From: a virus
Lineage: Duplodnaviria; Caudoviricetes
Virus record (IMG/VR): IMGVR_UViG_3300005804_000112
Location: 1-33,623 of that record
DNA length: 33,623 nt
Direction: 5' to 3' (one strand)
Below the pieces are notes generated by a model. The model ran no database searches. It saw only the letters and a list, made by a program, of their open reading frames with translations, and had not been told where the DNA came from. Shown here piece after piece: positions 9,059 through 18,491 of this stretch. Every line of letters starts with the position of its first letter. Position 1 is the stretch's first letter. The translations under genes were made by a program, and so were the position numbers.

Positions 9059-10722
9059 CAGTGAGAGAACTCCGTTCTGTATCCGACATCAGGATTGATA
9101 TTGAATCCCGGCTGATTCGTCTGTCCGTTGTCCACTCTCATGCCCTGAGGCGCGTTCTCAAAGCTCACCTTGAGCTGTCCCTGAACATTTGAGTTCTGCT
9201 GCGCGATGATAGGACGCTGACTGATTGGGCTTCCGCCACTCTGATCGAATGCATTATCAGCGTCGCCGCCGAATGTTGCAATGCCCTCTCCCGGAGCGCC
9301 CTTACTGATTCCCAGAACTCCGGCAACCTTTCCGGCTGCGTCAAGAATAGGCTGAACGAATTTCATGATGCTGTCGAACACCCCCTGAAAGAAATTAACG
9401 ATCGGGTTCCAGTTCGCCATGATCATTCCAAGAGGTGTCCATGAAAACACCGCCTTGATAATGTCCCACGCGATGAGGGCACCTTTCTTGATTCCTTCCC
9501 AGATGTTCGAGAGGAACGGACCTACCTTGTCCCAGTTCTGATAAATGAGCAATGCGCCGGCTGCTATGGCAGTGACAGCTGCAAGTATCGGGTTCGATAT
9601 TGCCGCCGCCAGAAGCGCCCGTCCGAGAGCTACAAATGCAATGCCGAGCTTCGGCAACAACGCAATGATGCTCATGATTGACGATATCGGACCGGCTGTA
9701 AATGCTATGCCGATGCCGAGCATCAGGTTCTTGAAACCTCCGATAAACTCAACGAATCCGGCGAACGCTCCCCATACACTACTGATCTGAGAGGCGAGCT
9801 TTTCGATTCCCCCGCTTTCAATCCACGCCTTGAACTGATCTGCAAGGTTCTTCAGCCACGCCCCGGCCTTGAGCCTGAACATGTCTTTATTCTGAGCTAT
9901 CCATTCTTGCAACGCCTTGACCGCCGGTGTCAGAGAGGGCGCAACCGAGCCGAAAAGCTCTGTGATCTGAGCCTTACCCTGCTGTTTCAAAACTCCCAGT
10001 TGGTCCCCGAGTTCATCGAGGTGTTGGATAGCCCCGACATATTCCATCTCGCCAGTATCCTCGTTTTTTTGCAGGATACCTTTACTGACAACTGCACCAA
10101 GCCTTACCATCTCTTTCATTGAGCCAAGCAGTTTCCCGCTGCCCTTCATCAGCGCGGGGATCAGTTTTTGTCCGGCTTTGCCGAAGAGTTCAACGGCCAT
10201 ACGTGCGCGGACTGCAGGGTTCGTCGTTCTTTTGAATGATTCCGCAAGAATTGGAAGAGCCTCTTCAATCCCGATGATCTCACCTTTCGCATTGCGAAGC
10301 GGTATGCCCATTTTCTTGAAGAGGTTTGCAAAGCTTTCATCTTTGCCGGCCGCTGCCTCTGCCATGCCTTTGTTGAACTTTTCAAGGGCGCTGTTTGCAT
10401 CTTCGGCCCCGACGCCAGCAAGCCCAAAGACGCCATGAAGCTGCTGCAAAACATCAACAGCTATTCCGGTAGTTTCTGCCGCGTTCTGGATTGAATCAGC
10501 ATATTCCAGCGCCATCCGGCCAGCATGGAACATTCCGAACGCCCCGGCTCCGAACATTGCGGTAAGGGGCAACCCAACGCTCCCCATGAGGTTAGAACCT
10601 TCCTTGCCGAGCTGTCTCAAGGAATGCTGGGTCTGTTTCACCGCGCCCCGGATGCCACGGAGCGGAGCGGTGATCTTGTCGACAGCAATCAACAGCGCCT
10701 TCAATTGAAATTTATCCGCCAT
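9058..10722 (-). CDS. Tail tape measure protein
   Basis: AVDKITAPLR start; Ala/Gly-rich helical sequence with hydrophobic stretch and IYQNWD/Trp repeats; follows the chaperone. Confidence 0.9.
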   Translation of the reverse strand: MADKFQLKALLIAVDKITAPLRGIRGAVKQTQHSLRQLGKEGSNLMGSVGLPLTAMFGAGAFGMFHAGRMALEYADSIQNAAETTGIAVDVLQQLHGVFGLAGVGAEDANSALEKFNKGMAEAAAGKDESFANLFKKMGIPLRNAKGEIIGIEEALPILAESFKRTTNPAVRARMAVELFGKAGQKLIPALMKGSGKLLGSMKEMVRLGAVVSKGILQKNEDTGEMEYVGAIQHLDELGDQLGVLKQQGKAQITELFGSVAPSLTPAVKALQEWIAQNKDMFRLKAGAWLKNLADQFKAWIESGGIEKLASQISSVWGAFAGFVEFIGGFKNLMLGIGIAFTAGPISSIMSIIALLPKLGIAFVALGRALLAAAISNPILAAVTAIAAGALLIYQNWDKVGPFLSNIWEGIKKGALIAWDIIKAVFSWTPLGMIMANWNPIVNFFQGVFDSIMKFVQPILDAAGKVAGVLGISKGAPGEGIATFGGDADNAFDQSGGSPISQRPIIAQQNSNVQGQLKVSFENAPQGMRVDNGQTNQPGFNINPDVGYRTEFSH

Positions 10723-10885
10723 CGTCCGGCCTCATCATTTCATGGATTCTCACTGCATGTTTCTCGTATTGGTGAAACTCTGTCATGGTCAGCGCCATGA
10801 TTCGTAACGGGTCAACCCGCCAGAAATAGGCGACCTCAAAAACCCTGTTTTCAAGGTCGCTCTCATTGCCCGTTACTCCCCGAAA
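10712..10885 (-). CDS. -1 frameshift extension of the tail chaperone (gpE'/gpT-like; fusion about 146 aa)
   Basis: Slippery ATG GGT TTT TTC (10893-10882); -1 frame open for 57 codons: FRGVTGNESDLENRVFEVAYFWRVDPLRIMALTMTEFHQYEKHAVRIHEMMRPDDGG*. Confidence 0.8.
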   Translation of the reverse strand, partial: FRGVTGNESDLENRVFEVAYFWRVDPLRIMALTMTEFHQYEKHAVRIHEMMRPDDGG

Positions 10886-11151
10886 AAACCCATGATCAAC
10901 ACCTGCAATTGCTGAAGGTCGCTGATCGCTATCTGTTCGACTGAGGACATCGGTATTTTTGCGAGGCGGCTGATATACCGCCCCGCAATCTTCGGCTGCA
11001 ACTGTATGCCCTCAAGTTCGCCAGGAATCAGAAGATATGGATACCCCAGCTCCATGACATCCTTCGTTGTCGGTTCGGAGAGTTCCAGCGTAGTTACCTC
11101 TTCGCCGTGCGCCTTGATGGGCTTTGACAGTTCAAAGGTCATTACTGCCAC
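10873..11151 (-). CDS. Tail assembly chaperone (Mu gp41 / P2 gpE-like)
   Basis: LSKPIKAHGEEVTTLELSEPT..D; ends MGFFGE; between tube and tape measure. Confidence 0.88.
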   Translation of the reverse strand: MAVMTFELSKPIKAHGEEVTTLELSEPTTKDVMELGYPYLLIPGELEGIQLQPKIAGRYISRLAKIPMSSVEQIAISDLQQLQVLIMGFFGE

Positions 11152-11501
11152 TCTCCCTTCATGCCGTTGAACTCGAGTTCGGTTTCGCCCTCATCGGCCT
11201 TGACCGCGGGTTCTCCAACGAGAAACGCATCGGACAGGGTGTAAACCTTGCCGTTTGGCAGTTCGACGGTGACAGTCATTTCCGTGCCCTTCTGGAGAGT
11301 GTCCCGGGGAAAGTCGTCTTTAAAGATCGCCGAAAGTTTCACATACGGGGTGCGAACCTCTTCTTTGTACCCCGCAACGGCGTTCAGCCCGACAACCGCT
11401 TCCAGTTTCCGGTCCGTCAGCGGCACCTCAACACTGCCCTTGACTTCAAGCTGGGTGCCATCAACCTTGATATAGCAGGTTCCTGCTACGCGCTTTCCCA
11501 T
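11142..11501 (-). CDS. Tail tube protein (Mu-like)
   Basis: RVAGTCYIKVDG, TVTVELPNGKVYTLSDA; follows sheath. Confidence 0.92.
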   Translation of the reverse strand: MGKRVAGTCYIKVDGTQLEVKGSVEVPLTDRKLEAVVGLNAVAGYKEEVRTPYVKLSAIFKDDFPRDTLQKGTEMTVTVELPNGKVYTLSDAFLVGEPAVKADEGETELEFNGMKGEWQ

Positions 11502-11502
11502 G

Positions 11503-12999
11503 TTACGCTACCTCCTTCGGGTACTGGAGTCTGAACTGTGCCAGCACTGCAAACACGCGGAGCTGGTTCACAACATCCGGCGGCAGTAGCACGTTGATTC
11601 TGTTAGGATCGCTTTCGGGACGCTCGACGATCAGGTATTTCTTGAACATCTCCGCATTCTCGACAACTCCGGCTTCTTCCATACGAGCGTATTCAGCGAT
11701 CAGCTCGCCGCGAATGACGTTCGGTGTCACAATCGCCTGACCTGCTCCGTAGCGGGTGCCGTCATCAGCAAGCTTATGGCGCGGATACTTCTGAGTGATG
11801 GCATACCGCAACCGCCGAAGAATATAGGCCAGCGTGTGCAGGGTCTCCGAATCGAGGTATGACGGGTCCGACTGGTTCCAGAGGTTTTTCTGGTACGAGG
11901 TTGCAGCGCGTTCGATGCGGACCGCTCCGCCTCCGACATAGCTTGTAGCGATGCCGGAAGAAAGAAGCGTCTGGCGCTCGGTCTGAATAAACCGATTCTG
12001 AGCCGGTGCCGGGAGAATACCAACCAACTCACCGGTCTGAGTCGGTCTCGCCGGGTCCGCGTTGATATAAACGGCATTTCTTGCGCCGTATGCGGCTGCA
12101 TATTCCCATGCGGTCGACGGCACCTGAGCCTCAAACCCTGCAATGGTGGTATGCTGATCGTTCCGGAGAACTCCCGCTGCCTGAAGGTTTGCAAATGAGC
12201 CGCGCTTTGCTGCGTACACATGGCCGTAAATCTGCCGGTTCCATGCCCATCTGCCCGAACTGTCGTTCATTGCCATCCCGATAGCGTCAAGCGTCGTTGC
12301 ATCGCTGTACGGAATGACGATGAAATCGAACTCCTGATCTCCCATGTTTGCGATTGCCGTTGTCAGTACCGGCTCTCCGGTACCGGTAGCCATCGCAACG
12401 ATTGCCACGGTAACGCCCGGAGGTGTCGCTTCGTTTCCAGCAATGCCCCGGTAGTTCATCTGAACGAGGATGTCGTTCCCGAGGGTCCCTTTGTGTTTTG
12501 CCTGCAGAGTGATAACACCTGCAGCAGAACCTGCCGTCAGCGGCAGAGAGGTATCTGCGTTTATTGCGGCTGCGAGCGCCGTTGCAATCGCCGTTGCGGT
12601 GTCTCCTGACAACACCGCCGCCGTCACCTTCGTTCCGCCGATATACAGCGCCATCGTGCCGGGAGACGTTGCCGGTCCCGTGATGGTAATGGTTCCGGTT
12701 GCCTGAGTCCCGGTAGGGTCTGCAAGCGGCAAACACCAGACTTCACCGAACGGGTCATTGAGGCGATAGATTTCATGCATCTTTGCCAGCATGGAACCGA
12801 CACCGTACAGCTCTTTCGCTTGGTCAGTCCGACTGATCAGCGCAGGTACGTTCGCCGCTCCGATTCCTGTTGAGAGCTGCTGCCCGATGAGCAGGGTCCG
12901 ATTCTGCTGCGTAAAATATCCGGCCTGAGAGTTATCGACCTCTGCATAAAACAGCGGCACCCGGACATTCTGCGGAATGTAATTGAATGAGACGGCCAT
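11503..12999 (-). CDS. Tail sheath protein (Mu gpL-like)
   Basis: VRVPLFYAEVDNSQA, GVGSML, DPARPTQT, KYPRHKLADDG, VNQLRVFA. Confidence 0.95.
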   Translation of the reverse strand: MAVSFNYIPQNVRVPLFYAEVDNSQAGYFTQQNRTLLIGQQLSTGIGAANVPALISRTDQAKELYGVGSMLAKMHEIYRLNDPFGEVWCLPLADPTGTQATGTITITGPATSPGTMALYIGGTKVTAAVLSGDTATAIATALAAAINADTSLPLTAGSAAGVITLQAKHKGTLGNDILVQMNYRGIAGNEATPPGVTVAIVAMATGTGEPVLTTAIANMGDQEFDFIVIPYSDATTLDAIGMAMNDSSGRWAWNRQIYGHVYAAKRGSFANLQAAGVLRNDQHTTIAGFEAQVPSTAWEYAAAYGARNAVYINADPARPTQTGELVGILPAPAQNRFIQTERQTLLSSGIATSYVGGGAVRIERAATSYQKNLWNQSDPSYLDSETLHTLAYILRRLRYAITQKYPRHKLADDGTRYGAGQAIVTPNVIRGELIAEYARMEEAGVVENAEMFKKYLIVERPESDPNRINVLLPPDVVNQLRVFAVLAQFRLQYPKEVA

Positions 13000-13176
13000 T
13001 TACTTGCCCCCCTTCTTCTCTTTGAGTTCTGCGGTTTCGGTTACTACAATTACATCGCCTTCGTTGACCCGGCGAATCCAGTAGAGAGTTTCCGGGACGT
13101 CCCGACCTTCGTCCGGCAGATACCCGCCGCGATCAGGGTCCGGGATGCGCTTGCCTTCTGCGTTTTTCACAAACAT
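13000..13176 (-). CDS. Small Mu gp38-like (DUF2635) protein, absent from the ORF track
   Basis: MFVKNAEGKRIPDPDRGGYLPDEGRDVPETLYWIRRVNEGDV.. (58 aa); GGAGG SD; abuts the sheath start. Confidence 0.85.
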   Translation of the reverse strand: MFVKNAEGKRIPDPDRGGYLPDEGRDVPETLYWIRRVNEGDVIVVTETAELKEKKGGK

Positions 13177-13188
13177 GCTCGATCCTCC

Positions 13189-13818
13189 TTATTGTTGAAC
13201 TTCTATATTTGCGCCTGATTCTATCCGTCCGTCAGGGCCCGGATACCCGCCCTCATATGCGTTCGGGTCCGCCGGATGATCTTCGAGCGGATGATTCGGG
13301 TCCGCCGCAGGATCAACCATATCAACCTGTATGTCAACTCCCTCAAACGCAGGAAGCTCGCTGTCTCTGACAAATATCCATGTATCTTCCCGGTCCAGCA
13401 CCATGTCAACCGCAAATTCAAATTGATACCAGAGTCGAGATCGGTCAAGGGCCAGCAGCGCCCCGCCTTCGTATTCGATGATTCCATACCGCTCAGGGTC
13501 CTCTTCGGGAGTCCAGCCGAGCAGCGCCCGATATATCGAAGCGCGGACCGCATGCAGGCTGACAGTCGCCGTCTGGCCGCGCTCATCTGCCTGATTCGAT
13601 ACCGCGACAACAACAGCGAAGTTTTCTCGGATGGTCTGCTGGTATCCGTTTTTGCTCTCCTGCTCCCCGGCGTTATCGTCCATGGGAATGACATATGCAG
13701 CGGGAACGAGCATATTTGCCGCTTCCGGGAGAATCTTGAACTGCGCGGCACCGGCAACCCTTCCGGCGAACGCCGGGGAGTATTTCCGCATCTGTTCTAT
13801 GATCGCGTTCAGGTTCAT
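13189..13818 (-). CDS. Tail terminator / completion protein (Gp37-like)
   Basis: FAGRVAGAA, PAAYVIP, RALLGW, WYQFEF; position before sheath. Confidence 0.75.
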   Translation of the reverse strand: MNLNAIIEQMRKYSPAFAGRVAGAAQFKILPEAANMLVPAAYVIPMDDNAGEQESKNGYQQTIRENFAVVVAVSNQADERGQTATVSLHAVRASIYRALLGWTPEEDPERYGIIEYEGGALLALDRSRLWYQFEFAVDMVLDREDTWIFVRDSELPAFEGVDIQVDMVDPAADPNHPLEDHPADPNAYEGGYPGPDGRIESGANIEVQQ

Positions 13819-14276
13819 TGTGCCTTCAAACTCTCTTTCAGCCCTGCAAGCAATGCGGCTCTGGTCTGATCTGACCTGCTTTCAAGAGCATCCGTCATGA
13901 AGTTTTTTCGCGGAGCAACCCGCCACTGGCTGAACGTCTGCTTTTTGTGGTCTTTGCGCCTGACGGCTCCCTGTTTCACACCATAGTGCAGGTATGCCGG
14001 ATAGAACCGCTCCATTCCCTCAACCATGCGCGGAGCAATGGAAACAAGGAAACCGGGACGGGAGACCTTCAGCCTGATGGATTTTCTGAGCGTTCCTGTG
14101 TTCCGTCCCGGATAATCGCCAGCTTGCGAAATCGCTCGCTGCGATACGAGTCTGCGAGCTTCCTTCTGAATTACCCGTCCGCTATCGCGAAGGGCCTTCC
14201 GTATCTTCTTTTTGTCGAAGTCAATGCGTTCATGCCCTTCCAGAGTTACATGGATAAAGGCTTTTTCACGCGCCAT
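13815..14276 (-). CDS. HK97 gp10-like neck/tail-completion protein
   Basis: Start moved to MAREKAF; TGTLRKSI, FYPAYLHYG, APRKNFM. Confidence 0.78.
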   Translation of the reverse strand: MAREKAFIHVTLEGHERIDFDKKKIRKALRDSGRVIQKEARRLVSQRAISQAGDYPGRNTGTLRKSIRLKVSRPGFLVSIAPRMVEGMERFYPAYLHYGVKQGAVRRKDHKKQTFSQWRVAPRKNFMTDALESRSDQTRAALLAGLKESLKAQ

Positions 14277-14625
14277 TGATTGCCCCCAGAGCTTCGCACT
14301 CAAGAACGACAAACCGGCCAGCGCCGTTCAGGTCTGACGCTCTCTTGATTCGATACCTCAACCCTTCGCTTTCAAGCACATGCTCCCCGGTTATGATGGT
14401 TTCAGTCACTGTTGACGATCTCCGCACAATGGCGCGGTGCGTCACTCCATTTTCCACCTGAGCCGTTCCCCAGAATATCGCGCTTCCGACCGGCTCTATA
14501 CCGCACCATACTTCCTGACCGGCATCGAAGGTCTGTTCAATGCCGAATGTGACAGCATCCGGAACATCCTGCCAGCGCCGGATGGTGCCGCGCTTGTTCA
14601 GTTTGCCGATTACGGGAATATCCAC
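14266..14625 (-). CDS. Head-tail adaptor / head closure protein
   Basis: IGKLNKRGTI, VTHR, YRIK..LECE; synteny. Confidence 0.8.
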   Translation of the reverse strand: MDIPVIGKLNKRGTIRRWQDVPDAVTFGIEQTFDAGQEVWCGIEPVGSAIFWGTAQVENGVTHRAIVRRSSTVTETIITGEHVLESEGLRYRIKRASDLNGAGRFVVLECEALGAINGA

Positions 14626-14628
14626 GTT

Positions 14629-15153
14629 CTACACCCCGAATGAGCGCCAACGGTCAATCAACACATTGGCGAATTTGAACTCTCCTACCGTGCCGGCCGG
14701 AGTCGATGCGCGGTTCTCGTACAGGTCGCCGATAAGCAGCAGCATCCATGCTTTGACAGAAAACGGAACGCTCTCAACCGAAGCCCATGCCCCGGCCGTA
14801 AACTCCACCCTGACGTTATCCCCGGAAAACAGCGGTTTGATACCGGTGAGCGTCTTTGCGTATTCAGTCGTTACATGGTCCACTCCAGCGCTGTCAGCAT
14901 AGGTCACGCTTTCGATGGTCAGCAGGTCATTGCTGATATAAAGCTCGGTACCCGATACCGCTTTATCAAACACCTGCAGAAACGTCTGCGGTAGCATAGG
15001 CCGGTCAAGTCGCTGCTCTGCCTGTTCGCGCGCCGTCGAAATCAGAGCAAGAATCAGCGCGTCTTCATCGCCGTGATCGACACGAAGGTGCTGTTTCGCT
15101 TCTGAGAGCGTCAACGGCTCTTCAACTGGCCCGGTGATCAGGCGCGGTGTCAT
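14629..15153 (-). CDS. Head-tail connector (gp6-like)
   Basis: Start moved to MTPRLITGP; EPLTLSEAKQHLRVD..ED, LLLIGDLYENR. Confidence 0.9.
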   Translation of the reverse strand: MTPRLITGPVEEPLTLSEAKQHLRVDHGDEDALILALISTAREQAEQRLDRPMLPQTFLQVFDKAVSGTELYISNDLLTIESVTYADSAGVDHVTTEYAKTLTGIKPLFSGDNVRVEFTAGAWASVESVPFSVKAWMLLLIGDLYENRASTPAGTVGEFKFANVLIDRWRSFGV

Positions 15154-15350
15154 TTCTTCTTCGGCTCCTTCTGAGCCTTCGGCTCCTCTTTCGGAGTTTC
15201 GGCAACCTTCGGAGGTGTCAGGTATTCGGCACACTGAGCGTCTTCAACAAGGTGCTTTGCGAACGCTTCACTGACCGTCAGGATATCGCCGGGTGACATA
15301 TTGCCATGGACCGGGCTGATAGCTGTTCTGGTAATCTTCACTTTTATCAT
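15150..15350 (-). CDS. Small hypothetical protein after the capsid gene
   Basis: 66 aa; PGDILTVSEAFAKHLVE, Lys/Glu/Pro tail; ATGA overlap with the connector. Confidence 0.75.
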   Translation of the reverse strand: MIKVKITRTAISPVHGNMSPGDILTVSEAFAKHLVEDAQCAEYLTPPKVAETPKEEPKAQKEPKKK

Positions 15351-15367
15351 AAGCTTTCCCTTTCATG

Positions 15368-15396
15368 TACGGGCGAGGTGTTGAACCCCGCCCGTA
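15368..15396 (-). terminator. 12-bp hairpin just after the capsid gene (no U-tract; attenuator or mRNA-stabilising stem)
   Basis: UACGGGCGGGGU-UCAAC-ACCUCGCCCGUA on the minus strand. Confidence 0.55.
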
Positions 15397-15408
15397 TCTC
15401 GGTTATTG

Positions 15409-16566
15409 TTACGCTGCCGGAGGCGTGAGATCTCCGCCGCGCAAGGATGCGGGTCTCTCAACTGCCAGCTGCAACCGGCGCTCTGCCCGGATGGTGATCA
15501 GGTTCTTTGTGAAATTGTCGCTGTCATGCTCGGACATTTCGACAACAACACCTTCGCGCTCATACAGCGTAGCGGCCATGTTGAACGCACCAACCTGGAA
15601 CTTGTCAGCGGTCATGGCTGCGGTCTGAATGACCGGGAGCCCCCAGAGCTTCGGCTGTCCGCCGTTGTTCGGGTCACCGACGATATAGCGCTTCGTTGAA
15701 TCGGTGATCAGCTCGATCGTTGCCCAGTCTGCAGGGTTCAGAATGATGCCGGTCGCCGGGTAATTGGCCAGCATGCAATCGGCAATGACCTTGCGAATGA
15801 GGTACAGCATCGGGTTGTCCCCGAGCGCGCCGGAGAGGTATCCGTGCAGGGTGAAATTTCCGGTTTTCATCAGGCCATCGATGTTCGGAGAAACACCATC
15901 ACCGTTGACCAGCTGGTTTTCGACGCGGAGATTGACGCCGTACATCATACGGGTGTTGATGTAAGCGGCCAGCGCCGGAGCATCCGCGGCAAGCTGACGG
16001 GATATCTTAATCCAGTGCGCCACGGTGCTGATCGGCTTGCTTTCAAGCGTGAAGGTGATTGCAGATTCCGGCTTTGCCCCGCTTTCAGCGGTCTCAGCAG
16101 CGTTATTCGTGAAGACATTTTCCCGCGTGTACTCAACCGCATTGCTGCTGGTTGGCACAGATACGAAAAGATCTTCGATGGTAAACGGACGGATGGCTCC
16201 GCCAATAACGCCCGGTTTTCTGTCGGGAGCCACGGTAGTATCGGAGCCGGTAACGGTGTTCTTGACTTCCACGCGGACCTTATTGGACCCGCCTTCAGCA
16301 AACACTTTGTAGCCGTCGGACTTCGTGAACTGAGCGCCGAGGCTCTCCAGTCCCTTCTGTCCCTCTGGCGAGGTTGCGCCCTTCTGCTCAATCGCAAGTA
16401 TACGATCTGCAAGTGCTTTCTGTTCGTTGCCAAGAGCGGTCAGCGCGTTTTCGGTCTCACGGGCAACCTTGCCGTTCGCCTTCAGTTCGCCTTCTGCCTT
16501 TTCTACAAATGATGCCAGCTTCTGCTCGATGGTCTCGAGCGCTTTGGTAATAACCTCCATTGACAT
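15409..16566 (-). CDS. Major capsid protein, HK97 family
   Basis: Start moved to MSMEVITK (GGAGG SD); coiled-coil delta domain; AESGAKPES, TVAHWIKISRQ, LNPADW, LWGLPV, NFTKNLITIRAERR. Confidence 0.96.
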   Translation of the reverse strand: MSMEVITKALETIEQKLASFVEKAEGELKANGKVARETENALTALGNEQKALADRILAIEQKGATSPEGQKGLESLGAQFTKSDGYKVFAEGGSNKVRVEVKNTVTGSDTTVAPDRKPGVIGGAIRPFTIEDLFVSVPTSSNAVEYTRENVFTNNAAETAESGAKPESAITFTLESKPISTVAHWIKISRQLAADAPALAAYINTRMMYGVNLRVENQLVNGDGVSPNIDGLMKTGNFTLHGYLSGALGDNPMLYLIRKVIADCMLANYPATGIILNPADWATIELITDSTKRYIVGDPNNGGQPKLWGLPVIQTAAMTADKFQVGAFNMAATLYEREGVVVEMSEHDSDNFTKNLITIRAERRLQLAVERPASLRGGDLTPPAA

Positions 16567-16567
16567 G

Positions 16568-17266
16568 CTATTGTCCTCCAAAGAGATTTGATTCAGGCAC
16601 CTTAAAGCGCCTGAGCAGTTCCAAGACTTCGCGCTCTGCTTTCGGGTCCATGGTATCCGCCTGAGGCTCCCCCTCTGCGGCAAATACAACACGGGCTCTG
16701 CTCACCAGCGCGGCGGCGAGCGATTTGCTGAAGCTACCTGCATCCCGCAGGTAGCGTTCAAATTCCCTGATAGTACTGATCTGTTCGATGTCTTCGGACT
16801 TCACAGCAGTTATGCGAGCTTTTTCGTCAGCCGGGAACGTGACGATTGAGACCTCATAAAGTCGGGTGATGTTTTTGATAATGCGGCGTCCGGTCGTTTC
16901 GTCCTCTTCGTAATCATCCCGTTTCAGCGAATAGCCAATGCTCAGGCCGTCGATGGTCTTATGTTTCAGCGCTGCATGGACCTCTGCAGAAAGAGCAATC
17001 CCGTCTGTCAACTCTCCGGAGACCTTCAACCCGCGCGAATCCTCAATGGCTTCAATCCACTTTCCGAGCGGCACCGCGTAGCTGTCATGGTTAAAAAACA
17101 TTTTCGGGAGCCCGTATTTCTTCAGGGTCTTGTCATAGGCTCCGGGCAGAATCATATCGCCGTAACTGTCAACCCCGTTGAACTTCGATGCGTACCCGAT
17201 CAGCCCCGGCGCTGCGCCGTCCGCTTTCAGCTCTACTTCTTCAAGAGATAGTGTTTTGTAGAACAA
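16568..17266 (-). CDS. HK97-family prohead protease
   Basis: GYASKF, DSYGD..PGAY, FNHD, DGLSIGY, LYEVSIVTFPA. Confidence 0.95.
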   Translation of the reverse strand: MFYKTLSLEEVELKADGAAPGLIGYASKFNGVDSYGDMILPGAYDKTLKKYGLPKMFFNHDSYAVPLGKWIEAIEDSRGLKVSGELTDGIALSAEVHAALKHKTIDGLSIGYSLKRDDYEEDETTGRRIIKNITRLYEVSIVTFPADEKARITAVKSEDIEQISTIREFERYLRDAGSFSKSLAAALVSRARVVFAAEGEPQADTMDPKAEREVLELLRRFKVPESNLFGGQ

Positions 17267-18491
17267 CCTTTCCCCCCTTCCCTTCCGCTATCGTGCTGAG
17301 CGGTGCAAGGTTAATCTGCGCGGTGAGTATATCCCCGCCGTTCATCGGCGGCAGGTTCTCGTACTGTCTGCACTCGTTCCGCGTCAATATGCCGTTCTGT
17401 GTGCCCTTCGAATAGATTTCCATGCGGTCCTTCAAAGTCGATCTCAGAAGAGCATCAAGGTTGAACTCGACCGTATATTGAGCGCCTTCGATCGGCGTAA
17501 GAACCTGAGTTTCAATGCACTGCTCTATCAGCTCGAGCATCGGGCGGATCGTGAACTTATAGAAGCCTTCGATGATCTGTTCAACGCCGGTTCCCCATGT
17601 CGTTGTTTTGCTCGTATCGTTTACCAGCACTGACGGCACCCCGAACCATCGGCAGATGTCCTCAACTGAGAATCGGCGAGTCTCAAGCAACTGCATGTCA
17701 GCTGGCGACATCGCAAGCGCGGTGAAGTTCATTCCCGCCTCGAGGATGTAAAGCTCCCGGTCTGACTGTTTGGTAATGTCAGCAAAGTTCTGACGGACAG
17801 CTTCGCGCTGCTCTTTTGTCAGCACATGATCGATGGTCAGCACTCCCGGGCGCTTGCCGTCTTTCGTGACGGTGCGCGATGTGTGGTTCTGAGCGTTGAT
17901 TGCTACACCTACGCTCGCCCTCATGAAATCAAGGGTGCTGAACCCTACCGCATTGTTCCCCATACCCCGGATGTGCAGCATCTCCGCTTCAGTGAATGGC
18001 ACTATCTTGTTGTCAAGCTTCGCTGCGTAAATCAGCGAGCCGTCTTCCTGAACCAGCACTTCGACCTGATCGGGAGAGAGCGGCCAGAGTCCGATGACCG
18101 TGCCGGCTGCATTCTTCTGTTTCAGCGCATAGGCGTTGCCCCGGAGTACCAGAGCCATAACCATCAGGGTCCAGAATGTTACCGCGCTATGTCTGCGGTT
18201 CGGCTTCTTATGCAGTACCGTGTAGAGCGGAACATTCCTGGCAACATCGCGCATGCCCTCCCCCTTCTCCTCATACAGGAAACAGGGCAGAGATCCGATA
18301 GTCTCAGCGAGCAATTTCACGCATGCCCAGACAGTAGAGACCTGAAGCGCTCCGTCCGTTGTCAGAATAGGTGTTGATGCTTCATGCACGGTACGGCCAG
18401 GAGCGTCAAGCTGCCGTCCGGTCTGTGACACCGAAGATCCAGCGCCGAACCATCGGGCAAACGTCGGAAAGTATGTGGCTAGAATTTTCAT
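17241..18491 (-). CDS. Portal protein, HK97 family
   Basis: STVWACVKLLAETIGSLP, RGNAY, LHIRG, ILEAGM, ICRWFGVP, TRNECR. Confidence 0.96.
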   Translation of the reverse strand: MKILATYFPTFARWFGAGSSVSQTGRQLDAPGRTVHEASTPILTTDGALQVSTVWACVKLLAETIGSLPCFLYEEKGEGMRDVARNVPLYTVLHKKPNRRHSAVTFWTLMVMALVLRGNAYALKQKNAAGTVIGLWPLSPDQVEVLVQEDGSLIYAAKLDNKIVPFTEAEMLHIRGMGNNAVGFSTLDFMRASVGVAINAQNHTSRTVTKDGKRPGVLTIDHVLTKEQREAVRQNFADITKQSDRELYILEAGMNFTALAMSPADMQLLETRRFSVEDICRWFGVPSVLVNDTSKTTTWGTGVEQIIEGFYKFTIRPMLELIEQCIETQVLTPIEGAQYTVEFNLDALLRSTLKDRMEIYSKGTQNGILTRNECRQYENLPPMNGGDILTAQINLAPLSTIAEGKGGKVVLQNTIS

